Source: an uncultured Gemmatimonadales bacterium (GTDB lineage: Bacteria > Gemmatimonadota > Gemmatimonadetes > Longimicrobiales > Gaopeijiaceae). Taken from it: a stretch of DNA of 64,000 bases. Made by a program: the position numbers and the translations under genes. The notes below the pieces were generated by a model. The model searched no databases. It was not told where the DNA came from and saw only the letters and a list, made by a program, of their open reading frames with translations. Shown here piece by piece: positions 52,859 through 63,113 of the stretch; position 1 is the first letter of the stretch; each line of letters starts with the position of its first letter. The stretch spans positions 320,001-384,000 of the forward strand of contig CAWGKG010000020.1 of the NCBI GenBank assembly GCA_963823035.1, written 5' to 3'.

Positions 52859-53200
52859 ATGCCTCCCGCGAGACAGGGTGCCGACACCGACCGCGACGTC
52901 CTCGCGTACGCCGCGGCATGGCGTGCGCGCGGACTCGGTGTGGCGCTCGCCACGGTCGTGCGCACGTGGGGTTCGGCCCCGCGTGAGGCCGGAAGCCACA
53001 TGGCGGTCGCCGAGAACGGAGACTTCTGTGGATCCGTCTCGGGGGGATGCGTCGAGAACGCCGTCGTGGAGGCCGCCTCCGAGGTGATCCGCTCGGGGGA
53101 GGCGCGGAGCGTCTCGTTCGGCGTCACCAACGAGATGGCCTGGGAGGTGGGGCTCGCCTGCGGCGGCAAGATCGCGATCTGGCTGGAGCGGATCGCATGA
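52859..53200 (+). CDS. XdhC/CoxI N-terminal domain protein
   Basis: ALATVVRTWGSAPR, GSVSGGCVE, WEVGLACGG. Confidence 0.9.
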   Translation: MPPARQGADTDRDVLAYAAAWRARGLGVALATVVRTWGSAPREAGSHMAVAENGDFCGSVSGGCVENAVVEAASEVIRSGEARSVSFGVTNEMAWEVGLACGGKIAIWLERIA

Positions 53201-53895
53201 AGGACGGGCTGCTCGCCGATCTGGTCCGCGCCCTCGACCAGAAGCGTGCGGTCGTGCTGGGCACGCGCATACCGGGGGGGCAGCAGGCGCTGCTCTTCCC
53301 GATGGAAGCCGACACGCCGGAGCCCGAGGGATGGCCGCTGGAAGCCGCCCGCCAGGCGCTTCTCGACGACCGCGCGACCACGCTTGCCGAGGGGGAGGGC
53401 GCCGTCTTCCTGCGACCCTACAACCCTCCCGTGCGCATGGTGGTGGTCGGCGCGGTGCACATCGCCGCCCCCCTGACCGTCATGGCCACCGCGGCGGGCT
53501 TCGAGGTGCACGTGGTCGATCCGCGCGCGGCGTGGGCCACGGACGCGCGCTTCCCCGACGTCCACCTCGTGCGATCGTGGCCGCAGGAGGCGTTCGCCGA
53601 GCTTCGCCTGGATCACCGCACGGCGGTCGTAGCCCTCACGCACGACGCCAAGCTCGACGACCCGGCGCTCCTGGGCGCGATGGCGAGCCCCTGCTTCTAC
53701 GTCGGTGCGCTGGGCAGCCGGAAGACGCACGCAAGGCGGCTCGAGCGACTTCGTGAAGCCGGCGTGGACGAGGCCGGCGTTGCGCGTATCCACGCACCCA
53801 TCGGTCTGGACATCGGCGCCCGCACGCCCGCCGAGATCGCGGTCGCGATCCTCGCGGAGGTCGTGGCCCGCCTGCGCGGAGGGGCTGCGGCATGA
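53197..53895 (+). CDS. XdhC C-terminal (Rossmann) domain protein
   Basis: VVGAVHIA, VVDPR, LTHDAKLDD, YVGALGSRKT, APIGLDIGARTPAEIAVAI. Confidence 0.9.
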   Translation: MKDGLLADLVRALDQKRAVVLGTRIPGGQQALLFPMEADTPEPEGWPLEAARQALLDDRATTLAEGEGAVFLRPYNPPVRMVVVGAVHIAAPLTVMATAAGFEVHVVDPRAAWATDARFPDVHLVRSWPQEAFAELRLDHRTAVVALTHDAKLDDPALLGAMASPCFYVGALGSRKTHARRLERLREAGVDEAGVARIHAPIGLDIGARTPAEIAVAILAEVVARLRGGAAA

Positions 53896-54509
53896 GCGGC
53901 GGGCTCGCCGCCGCGCGCATCGCCGGGGTCGTGCTTGCGGCCGGCCGCTCCATCCGCATGGGGGACGCGAACAAGCTTCTTGCCCGCGTGGGCGGCGTGC
54001 CGATGGTTCGGCGCGTGGTCGAGACGGCGATCGGGGCGGCGCTCGATCCCGTCGTGGTCGTCCTGGGTCACGAGGCGGCCGCGGTGCGCCGGGGCCTGGG
54101 CGGGCTTCCCGTCCGCTTCGCCGTCAACGACCGGTACGCCGACGGCATCGGCACCTCGGTCGGGGCCGGGATCCGGGCGATCGCAGGGGAGGCGGAAGGC
54201 GCGATGGTCCTTCTCGGTGACATGCCCTGGATCTCCGCCGCAGACCTGAGGGCGCTCACCGAGGCTTTCGCGCCCGATCTCGGACGCGGGATCTGCGCCC
54301 CCGTGGTGAACGGACGGCGTGGGAACCCCGTGCTCTGGGGCGAGCGATGGTTCGATGCGTTGCAGCGACTGGAGGGCGACGTCGGCGCGCGTGGGCTCCT
54401 GACCGAGCACTCCGGCGAGGTGTTTCCCGTGTGCCTCGACGGTGAGCGTGTGTTCCGCGACGTCGACACGCCCGCGGCCCTGGAAGCCTCGTTGGTGGAA
54501 GAGGGATAG
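53892..54509 (+). CDS. mocA: Molybdenum cofactor cytidylyltransferase
   Basis: LAAGRSIRMG..NKLL, LGDMP, GNPVLW, GDVGAR, DVDTP; cox context. Confidence 0.85.
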   Translation: MSGGLAAARIAGVVLAAGRSIRMGDANKLLARVGGVPMVRRVVETAIGAALDPVVVVLGHEAAAVRRGLGGLPVRFAVNDRYADGIGTSVGAGIRAIAGEAEGAMVLLGDMPWISAADLRALTEAFAPDLGRGICAPVVNGRRGNPVLWGERWFDALQRLEGDVGARGLLTEHSGEVFPVCLDGERVFRDVDTPAALEASLVEEG

Positions 54510-54514
54510 GGAAC

Positions 54515-55390
54515 GTGTTCGAATCCACGGATGCGACGCGCGCCTCGCTGGCGGACCACGACTACTTCGCCGACCCCGGGCTGGCCACGAGTCTCTTTCT
54601 TGCGCTGCGCATGGAGAAGGCGCTCTTCCTCGAAGGCGAGCCGGGCGTCGGAAAGACGGAGGTGGCGCTGGTCCTGTCCCGATTGCTCGACACACCCCTC
54701 ATCCGCCTGCAGTGCTACGAGGGGCTGGACGTCACGCACGCCGTGTACGAATGGAACTATCCGCGCCAGCTCATCGAAATCCAGGCGCGGGGCGGGGGGG
54801 ACGTGCAGGACATCTTCTCGGAGGCGTTTCTCCTGCGCCGGCCCCTCCTCCAGGCGATCGACCGTAGCCGGGACCGGGCCCCCGTCCTCCTCATCGACGA
54901 GCTGGATCGCGCCGACGAGGAGTTCGAGTCCTTCCTCCTCGAGCTCCTGGGCGACTTCCAGATCACGGTTCCGGAGCTGGGCACCTTCCGGGCCGAGCAT
55001 CCCCCGGTGACGATCATCACGTCCAACCGGACGCGGGAGATCCACGACGCGCTCAAGCGCCGATGTATCTACCACTGGATCGAATACCCGTCGTCGGAGC
55101 AGGAGCTGGCGATCGTGCGCAGGAAGGTCCCCGAGGCGGAGGACGGGTTGGCGAGACAGGTGGTGGCGTTCGTCCAGCGGTTGCGTGAGGAGGACCTCTA
55201 CAAGCTCCCCGGCGTGGCCGAGTCCCTGGACTGGGCGCGCGCCCTCACCCACCTGTCCACGCGCCGGTTGGACGGGGAGGTCGTCGACCGCACCCTCGGC
55301 CTGCTGCTGAAGTACCAGGACGATGTGGATCTCATTCGTGGCCAGCGCGCCGCGGCCGTCCTGGCCGACGCGGAGGCTGCCTCGGCGTGA
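54515..55390 (+). CDS. coxD: MoxR-type AAA+ ATPase CoxD
   Basis: LEGEPGVGKTE, RLQCYEGLD, LLIDELDRADEEFE, TSNRTREIHDALKRRC, PGVAESLDW. Confidence 0.9.
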   Translation: MFESTDATRASLADHDYFADPGLATSLFLALRMEKALFLEGEPGVGKTEVALVLSRLLDTPLIRLQCYEGLDVTHAVYEWNYPRQLIEIQARGGGDVQDIFSEAFLLRRPLLQAIDRSRDRAPVLLIDELDRADEEFESFLLELLGDFQITVPELGTFRAEHPPVTIITSNRTREIHDALKRRCIYHWIEYPSSEQELAIVRRKVPEAEDGLARQVVAFVQRLREEDLYKLPGVAESLDWARALTHLSTRRLDGEVVDRTLGLLLKYQDDVDLIRGQRAAAVLADAEAASA

Positions 55391-56689
55391 GCGGCTCCGG
55401 TGGCGCGAACGGGTCCCCGCTCGACCTGCCCTCCGGGGATCCGAGCGGCCTCCGGCTCCTGGAGAACCTGGTTGGCTTCGGCGCGACGCTCCGGCGCGTG
55501 GGCCTCCCGGTCACGCCCGCGCAGACCGCCGACCTCGCGCGCGCGCTCGGGTGGGTGGATCTGGGCGACCGGGACGAGGTCTTCCGCACCGCCCGCGCCG
55601 TCCTGGTAGACGCGCCGGGAGGACCTGGTGCTCTTCGAGACCGCCTTCAACCGCTTCTGGCGTTTGCCCGACGACGTGGGTCCACGGGCTCGGCGACGTC
55701 CTCCCGCGCCCAGGGACCGTGTCCGGCAGGAGCGCTTCACGATCGCCACCTTCGCGGCGTTCAAGGCGAGGGCGGACATGGAGGAGCGCGACGTGCGGGA
55801 CCGGAGCGGGACGTACAGCGACGAGGAGGTCCTCCAGCGCAAGCGTTTCGCGGAGATGACGCCGGAGGAGCTCGAGGCGCGCGCAGGCTGCTCGCCGGCT
55901 CCGATGGTCGGCGGCGGATGCGCACGACGCGTCGCTACGCGGCGCACCCCTCCGGACGGGCGGTCGACTTCCGCCGGCTTCTGCGGCAGGCCGGCCGCCT
56001 CGGCGCGATCCCCGCTACGCTCCCGATGCGTCGACGCGTGGAGAAGCCGCGGCCCGTCATCCTCCTGGCCGACATCTCCGGCTCCATGGAGCGCTACGCA
56101 CGACTCGTGCTCCACTTCTTCCACGCCATGGTCCGCACGCTGCCCCGGGTCGAGACGTTCGTGTTCGGGACGCGGCTCTCGCGCATCACCGCGCAGCTCC
56201 GGCTGCGCAATGTGGACCGCGCCGATCGACGAGGCGGCCGCGGAGGTGGCGGACTGGGCCGGCGGGACGCGTATCGGCGCCTGCCTGGGCACGTTCAACC
56301 GCGTGTGGAGCCGACGGATGCTGCGCCGTGGCGCCGTCGTGGTCGTGGTGAGTGACGGCTGCGACCGGGGCGACGCCGAGGAGCTCGCCATGGAGATGCG
56401 CTGGCTGCAGCGACGCTGTCATCGCCTCGTGTGGCTCAACCCCCACGCCGGGCACGCGGACTACGCGCCGCGCGCTGCGGGGATGAAGGCCGCGCTTCCC
56501 TGGATCGACGATTTCCTCCCCATCCGCGACCTGCGCTCCATGGCCGAGCTCGCCGAGACCCTCGCACGTCTGAGACGGTCCGGGCGTGGGGGCCGCGCTG
56601 GACATTCCTCGTGGCTTGGCATAAAACGAGAATCCGATCGCGGCTCGGATGGCGAATCCGATGCGACCCCCAGGGAGCATGCCCGATGA
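55387..56689 (+). CDS. coxE: vWA-domain protein CoxE; about three indels
   Basis: LADISGSMERY (MIDAS), ETFVFGTRL, GGTRIG, VVSDG, LVWLNP. Confidence 0.85.
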
Positions 56690-57320
56690 AAGTGAGCGGC
56701 GAATACCTCTTCGACGGCCCGCAACAGCTGGTGTGGGAAACCCTCCTCGATCCGGAGGTCCTGGCGAGCGTCCTACCCGGATGCGAGAAGCTCGATCTCG
56801 TCGGTGAGAACGAGTACGAGGGGGCCCTCAAGATCAAGGTGGGCCCCGTGCAGGGGCAGTTCATGGGAAAGGTGAAGCTCGAGGACATCCGGCCCCCGAA
56901 CGCCTACACCATGCAGGTCGATGGGCGCGGCGCGCCCGGTTTCGTCAAGGCGACGGGCCACCTCGCACTGGAGGCAGCCGGCGCGCAGACGAAGGTGACC
57001 TACGAGGGCGACGCGCAGGTGGGCGGCCGCCTCGCGAGCGTGGGCCAGCGCCTGATGGAGAGCTCGGCCAAGGCCATCATCAAACAGAGCCTCGATGGCC
57101 TGAACGTCTCCGTGAAGGAACGGGGTGCGGCCGCCGACGCCGGGGCGCAGGCCCCCGCTCCCCCGAAGGCGAAGCCCCCGTCCGCAGACGGAGTTCGCGG
57201 CGAACGTCGCCCGGGAGGTGGCGAAGAGACCTCTTTCCGCCCTGGGTGCGGTACACCGCCATGGCGATCGCGATCATGTGCGTGGTGGTCGCGGTCCTCT
57301 ATGCCCTGATAGACCTGAGA
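56686..57320 (+). CDS. coxG: CoxG (SRPBCC) with C-terminal membrane anchor; 3' end uncertain because of indels
   Basis: VWETLLDPEVLASVLPGCE, KVGPV, VGGRLASVGQRL; hydrophobic tail AMAIAIMCVVVAVLYAL. Confidence 0.82.
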
Positions 57321-57407
57321 TGCGATTCCCCCAGGGAGCGTGCGACGGCGCTCCGATAACCTACAGACCCGACCCGGCCCGTCTGCCCCGCGAAGGAGGA
57401 GGTCCGA

Positions 57408-58292
57408 TTGATTCCACGGAGAATTCGACTACCACGTGCCGTCCACGGTGGACGAGGCCGTGTCGCTGCTCGGAACGTCTCGGCGAGGACGCGAAGGTAC
57501 TCGCCGGGTGGCCACAGCCTGGTGCCCGGCCATGCGGTTCCGGCTGGCCCTGCCCGCAGCATCTCGTGGACATCAACCGTATCGAGGGGCTCGACCACAT
57601 CCGTGAGGAGGGCGGCGCCCTGGCCATCGGGGCGATGACGCGTGAGGACGAGATCGAGCGCTCCCGCGACGTCGCGGAGCGCTATCCGCTCCTCGCCGAC
57701 GCCGCCCGCGTCATCGCGGACCCGCTGGTGCGCAACCGTGCGACGGTGGGCGGGAACCTCGCACACGCCGACCCGGCCAACGACCATCCGGCCGTCATGC
57801 TGGCCTACGGCGCCACCATGGTGGCACAGGGTCCGGATGGCCGCGCGAGATCCACGACGGACGACTTCTTCAGTGGGTCTCTTCGAGAACGCCATGCAGC
57901 CCAACGAGATCCTGGTGGAGGTGCGTATCCCCGCGCCGGGTGCGGGTTCCGGCGGCGCCTACGAGAAGTTCGAGCGCAAGGTGGGCGACTATGCCGTCTC
58001 CGCGGCGGCGGTCCAGCTCACGATGAGACGGCGGTACCTGCACGGCCGGCACGGATCGGCCTCACCAACGTGAGCGCGGTGCCCGATGCGCGCCACCAGC
58101 GCCGAAGCGGCGCTCGTGGGGAAGGAACCCACCGACGACGTCATCGAGGCGGCCGGGCAGGCCGCGGCCGGGGAGTGCGATCCCTCGGGTGACCTGAGGG
58201 GATCGTCGAGCTCTACAAGCGCGACGTCACCAGGGTGCTGGTCAAGCGCGCCATCCGCAGGGCGGTTCGGCGGGCCACGGGAGGTGCGATGA
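57408..58292 (+). CDS. coxM: CO dehydrogenase medium (FAD) subunit; many indels
   Basis: MIP..FDYH, KVLAGGHSL, IADPLVRNRATVGGNLAHADPANDHP, YEKFERKVGDYA, DP.GDLRG; strong AGGAGG RBS. Confidence 0.85.
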
Positions 58293-58802
58293 GCATGAGC
58301 AGCGAGCACACGATCACGGTCACCGTGAACGGAGAACGACCCGGTACACGAAGCGAGGTGGACGCCGCGTACGCTGCTCGTCCATTTCATCCGTGAGGAC
58401 CTGTCGCTCACCGGGACGCACATCGGCTGCGACACGACGAGCTGCGGCGCGTGCACGGTCCACCTGGACGGCGTCGGCCGTGAAGAGTTGCACGGTGTTC
58501 GCCGTGCAGGCGGACGGCGCCTCGAGATGGAGACGGTGGAGAGCCTGGCGAAGGGCGCTGAGCTCCATCCCCTGCAGGAGGGCTTCTGGGAGAAGCACGG
58601 CCTCCAGTGCGGCTACTGCACGCCCGGAATGCTCATGACCGCCAAGGAGCTGCTGCGACCACAACCCCGATCCCTCGGAGGAGGACATCCGGTTGGGGGA
58701 TCTCCGGCAACCTCTGCCGGTGCACCGGCTACAACAAGATCGTCGAGGCCATCGAAATACGCCGCCGAGAAGATGCGCGCGCCCAAAGAGGAGGCGGCCG
58801 TG
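58289..58802 (+). CDS. coxS: CO dehydrogenase small (2Fe-2S) subunit; many indels
   Basis: [43 protein letters not shown]. Confidence 0.88.
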
Positions 58803-61262
58803 ATGACGACCCAGGTCGATGATCGCGTCCAGAAGATGCACCCCGTGCCCGAGGGTGCGTCCGCGCAGGTGGAGACGACCGAGCGAGATCCGGGTCCGCA
58901 CCCCCGAGAAGGTCTGCGGCATGGGGCACCGCATGAAGCGGAAGGAGGACCCCGCTTCATCCGCGGCCAGGGCCGTTACGTGGACGACGTGAAGCTCCCC
59001 GGGCATGCTCTACATGGACATTGTGAGGAGCCCGTACGCGCACGCGAAGATCCTGAGCATCGACGCCGAGCGAGGCGCTCGCCACTCGCCGGGCGTGCTC
59101 GCGGTCATCACGGGGAAGGACCTGCAGGCCGCCGGCGAACCTCCACTGGATGCCGACGCTCATGTCGGACACGCAGATGGTGCTCCCCATCGACAAGGTC
59201 GTGTATTTCGCGCAGGAGGTGTGCGCGGTCGTCGCGACGGAGCGCTACATCGCGGCCGACGCGATCGAAAAGGTCTTCGTGGACTACGAGCCGCTCGACG
59301 CCGGTGGTGGACCCCTTCGAGGCCATGAAGGACGAGGTGATCGTCCGGGACGACAAGGAGAAGAAGACCAACCACATCTGGCACTGGGAGGCCGGGGACG
59401 CGGAGGCCACGGACGAGGTGTTCGCCGAGGCGGCGACGGTCGTGAGGGAGAAGATGCACATCCCGCGCATCCACGTGGCGTCGATCGAGACGTGCGGGAT
59501 GGTGGCGAACTACGACGCCGACCATGGGGAAGATGCAGCTCTACATGACGACCCAGGCACCGCACGCGATCCGCACCGTGTTCGCGCTGGTGAGCGGGCT
59601 GCCCGAGCAGAAGATCCAGGTCATTTCGCCGGACATCGGTGGCGGCTTCGGAGGCAAGGTGCCCGTGTATCCGGGCTACGTGGTGTGCGCCGTGGCGAGC
59701 CTCGTGACCGGCAAGCCGGTGAAGTGGATCGAGGACCGGAGCGAGAACCTCCAGGCCGACAGCTTCGCGCGCGACTACTGGATCGAGGCCGAGATGGCCG
59801 CCGACGAGAACGGGAAGATCACGGGGCTGCGCGTGAAGACGCTGGCCGACCACGGCGCGGCGGACGCGGCGGCCAATCCGTCGAAGTTCCCGGCGGGGCT
59901 CTACAGCATCTGCACCGGCTCCTACGACATGAAGGCGGCCCATGTCGCAGGTCGACGGCGTCTACACGAACAAGCCGCCGGGAGGCGTGGCCTACCGCTG
60001 CTCGTTCCGCGTCACCGAGGCGGTGCACATGGTCGAGCGGCATGACCGACATCATGGCGCACGAGCTCGGCGAGGACCCGGCGGACTTCCGCATGAAGAA
60101 TTTCATCCGGCCCGACCAGTTCCCCTACAAGTCGCCCGACCGCCTGGGAGTACGACTCCGGGCAACTACGCGGCCGCGCTCCAGAAGGCGATGCAGATGA
60201 TCGACTACGCGCGGGCTGCGGAAGGAGCAGGCGGAGAAACGCGACCGCGGTGAGCTGATGGGGATCGGCATCTCGAGCTTCACCGAGGTGGTGGGTGCCG
60301 GGACACTCGCGGGACTTCGACATCCTCGGCATCAAGATGTTCGACTCGGCCGAGATCCGGATCCATCCGACCGGGAAGGCGATCGCCCGCTTCGGCACGA
60401 AGTCGCAGGGCCAGGGGCACGAGACCACGTACGCGCAGATCATCGCCGAGGAGCTGGGCATCCCCGCCGCGGACGTGGAGGTCGAGGAGGGCGACACCGA
60501 CACCGCGCCGTACGGTCTGGGTACGTACGCGAGCCGCTCCACGCCCACGGCGGGCGCTGCCGGCGCGATGGCCGCGCGGAAGATCAAGGCGAAGGCCCGC
60601 AAGATCGCCGCGCTACCTGCTCGAGGTAGGCGAGGACGACCTGGAGTGGAACGTGGACCGCTGGCAGGTGAAGGGCTCGCCCGACCAGGCACAAGACGAT
60701 CCAGGACATCGCCTTCGCGGCCTACACCAACCACCCGTACGGAATGGAGGCGGGGCTGGAGGCCACGGACTACTACGACCCGCCGAACATGACCTTCCCT
60801 TTCGGCAGCTACATCGCCGTTGTGGACATCGACAAGGGGACGGGCGAGCGTGAAGGTGCGCCGCTTCGTCGCGATCGACGACTGCGGGCACATCATCAAC
60901 CCGCTGGTGGTGGAGGGGCAGGTGCACGGCGGCCTGACACAGGGCCTCGCGCCGGCGCTCTTCGAGGAGATCGTCTACGACGAGAACGGCCAGAACCTCA
61001 CCGGGCACGTTCGCGGACTACCTCCTGCCGACGGCCGTGGAGATCACCGAAGTGGGAGACGGGCCACACGATCACGCCGTCCCCGCACCACCCGCTCGGC
61101 GCCAAGGGGGTGGGCGAGTCGCCCACGGTGGGCGCGCCGCCGGCCATCGCCAACGCGGTGGTCGACGCGCTCTGGCACCTGGGCGTACGCCACATCGACA
61201 TCCCGATCACGCCGGAGCGGGTGTGGAAGGCGCTGCGGGACGCGGGGGTGAGCGACGACTGA
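58803..61262 (+). CDS. coxL: Form I aerobic CO dehydrogenase large (Mo-Cu) subunit; many indels
   Basis: Active-site AYRCSFR at 59990-60010; [59 protein letters not shown]. Confidence 0.92.
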
Positions 61263-61340
61263 GACCCTGCGGGGTCGGGGGCACGGGGTCGGGCGCCGCC
61301 GGCGTCCGGCCTCCGCCCCTTTCAGGGAGGCGCGACGCGC

Positions 61341-62331
61341 ATGTTCGACGAGTTCTTCGGGAAGGCCCACGAGTTGACGGGCGGCGGGCGTGCCGTTCGC
61401 GACCGCGCTGGTCGTGCGTGCGGAGACGCCCCACGTCGGGGAAGCCCGGCGACCGCGCCATCGTCACGCTGGACGGCACGATGTACGGGTGGATCGGGGG
61501 AGCTGCGCGCAGCCCACCGTGATCCGGGAGGCGGCGCGCGCGCTCGTCGACGGCAAACCGCGCCTGATCCGCCTCTCGCCGGACCCGGGCGCGCGGCCCG
61601 TGCCGGAGGGCGTCGAGGAAGTCAAACCCATGACCTGCTTCAGCGGAGGTACCCTGGACATCTTCATCGAGCCCCACCAACCCACGCCCCGTCTCCTCGT
61701 GGTGGGGAGCCTTCCGGTGGCCCGGGCCCTGGCGCACCTCGGCAAGGCCATGAGCTACGGGGTCACGGCGGTGGACCCGACCGGGGGCGGCGCCATGGCG
61801 CAAACGCCGACGAGGTGCTGCGCGAGGTGGCGGAGATCCCGAAGCACGTGACGCCGCTCACCTTCGCGGTGGTGGCCACGCACGGGGAGTACGACGAGCC
61901 CGCGCTCGTGGCGCTCCTGGGGACGGCCGTCCCCTACGTGGGGCTGGTCGCGAGCCGCACGCGCGGTGAGGCCGTGCTGGAGACGCTCGCACGGGACGGC
62001 GTGGACGAGGCGGCCCGCAAGCGGGTGCGCTTTCCCGCGGGGCTGGACATCCAGGCCCGTCGCGGGGACGAGATCGCCGTGTCGATCCTCGCGGAGATCG
62101 TCCAGACGCGCCGCGCGCTCGGCGACGTGTCCTGGGAGGAGCCCGATGTCGAGTCCGCGGAGCCCGAGCCGGAGCCGGAGACGGCGATCGATCCGGTATG
62201 CCACATGACCGTGAAGGTCGAGGGCGCCCAGCACACGCACGTGCACGAGGGGAAGACGTACGTACTTCTGTTGTGGCGGCTGCCGCTCGCGCTTCGCAGC
62301 GGACCCCGAGCAGTACCTCGCGGCGAGCTGA
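61341..62331 (+). CDS. XdhC/CoxF-family protein fused to a C-terminal YHS domain; several indels
   Basis: FATALVVR..GKPGD..GWIGGSC, MTCFSGG, VVATHG, YVGLVAS, PAGLDI..EIAVSILAE; AIDPVCHMTV..HEGKTY.FCCGGC..FAADP. Confidence 0.85.
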
Positions 62332-62360
62332 GGCCCACGGGGGCCAAGCGACTCCGGGCG

Positions 62361-63113
62361 CTACGCCCCCATCTCGCGCAGCGCCTGGGAGCCGCGGCGG
62401 CTCGCCACCAGCGTCGAGCCGTCGTCGAAACGCAGCGAGAGGCGCCGCTCGTCGTAGCGCCGGATGCTCACGACGTGGGACAGGTTGGCCAGGTGGGCGC
62501 GGTGCACCCGCACGAAGTCGGTCGGGTCCAGCCGCGCCTCCAGCTCGGTCAGCGAGCCGTCCAGGCTGAACGTCCCCGCCGCGGTGACCAGGTCGACCCC
62601 GCCCACCACCGCGTCCGCGCGCACGATCTCGGCGACCACCACCGGCACGGTCGCGCCCTTGTGGCGCGCGAAGAGGCGCCGGGCGAAGCGCCGCCCTTCC
62701 GGCGCCACCTCGCGGGAACGGGCCCGTCCTTCACCGACGAGGCGAACCCGAACGCGCTCCAGCGTCTCCAGCAGCCGGTCCCTGCCGAAGGGCTTCACCA
62801 GGTAGTCCACGGCACCCAGGTCGAAGGCGGGAATCGCGTACTCGTCGAACGCCGTCGTGAACACGACGGCTGGCTGGTGCTCCACGGCCTGCAGCACGTC
62901 GACGCCGCTCATCCCGGGCATGCGCACGTCCATGAACACCAGGTCGGGCTCCAGCTTGTGGATGAGACGGAGCGCCTCCCTGCCGTCACGCGCCTCGCCC
63001 ACCAGATCGATCCAGTCGACGTCCCGCAGGTACTCGCGGATGGCCCGCACCGCCAGCGGCTCGTCCTCGCAGATGAGCGCGCGGATCGTGCCCAGGCCGT
63101 CGGTCCCGGTCAC
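62361..63113 (-). CDS. LytTR-family response regulator
   Basis: CEDEPLA, FMDVRMPG, FTTAFDEY..DYLVKP; FVRVHRAHLAN, ASRR. Confidence 0.93.
   Translation of the reverse strand: MTGTDGLGTIRALICEDEPLAVRAIREYLRDVDWIDLVGEARDGREALRLIHKLEPDLVFMDVRMPGMSGVDVLQAVEHQPAVVFTTAFDEYAIPAFDLGAVDYLVKPFGRDRLLETLERVRVRLVGEGRARSREVAPEGRRFARRLFARHKGATVPVVVAEIVRADAVVGGVDLVTAAGTFSLDGSLTELEARLDPTDFVRVHRAHLANLSHVVSIRRYDERRLSLRFDDGSTLVASRRGSQALREMGA

Noticed and set aside
4134..62331. Programmed ribosomal frameshifting or phase-variable tracts as the cause of split genes
   Set aside because: Breaks hit unrelated genes at arbitrary positions with no shared slippery motif; sequencing error is the simpler explanation.
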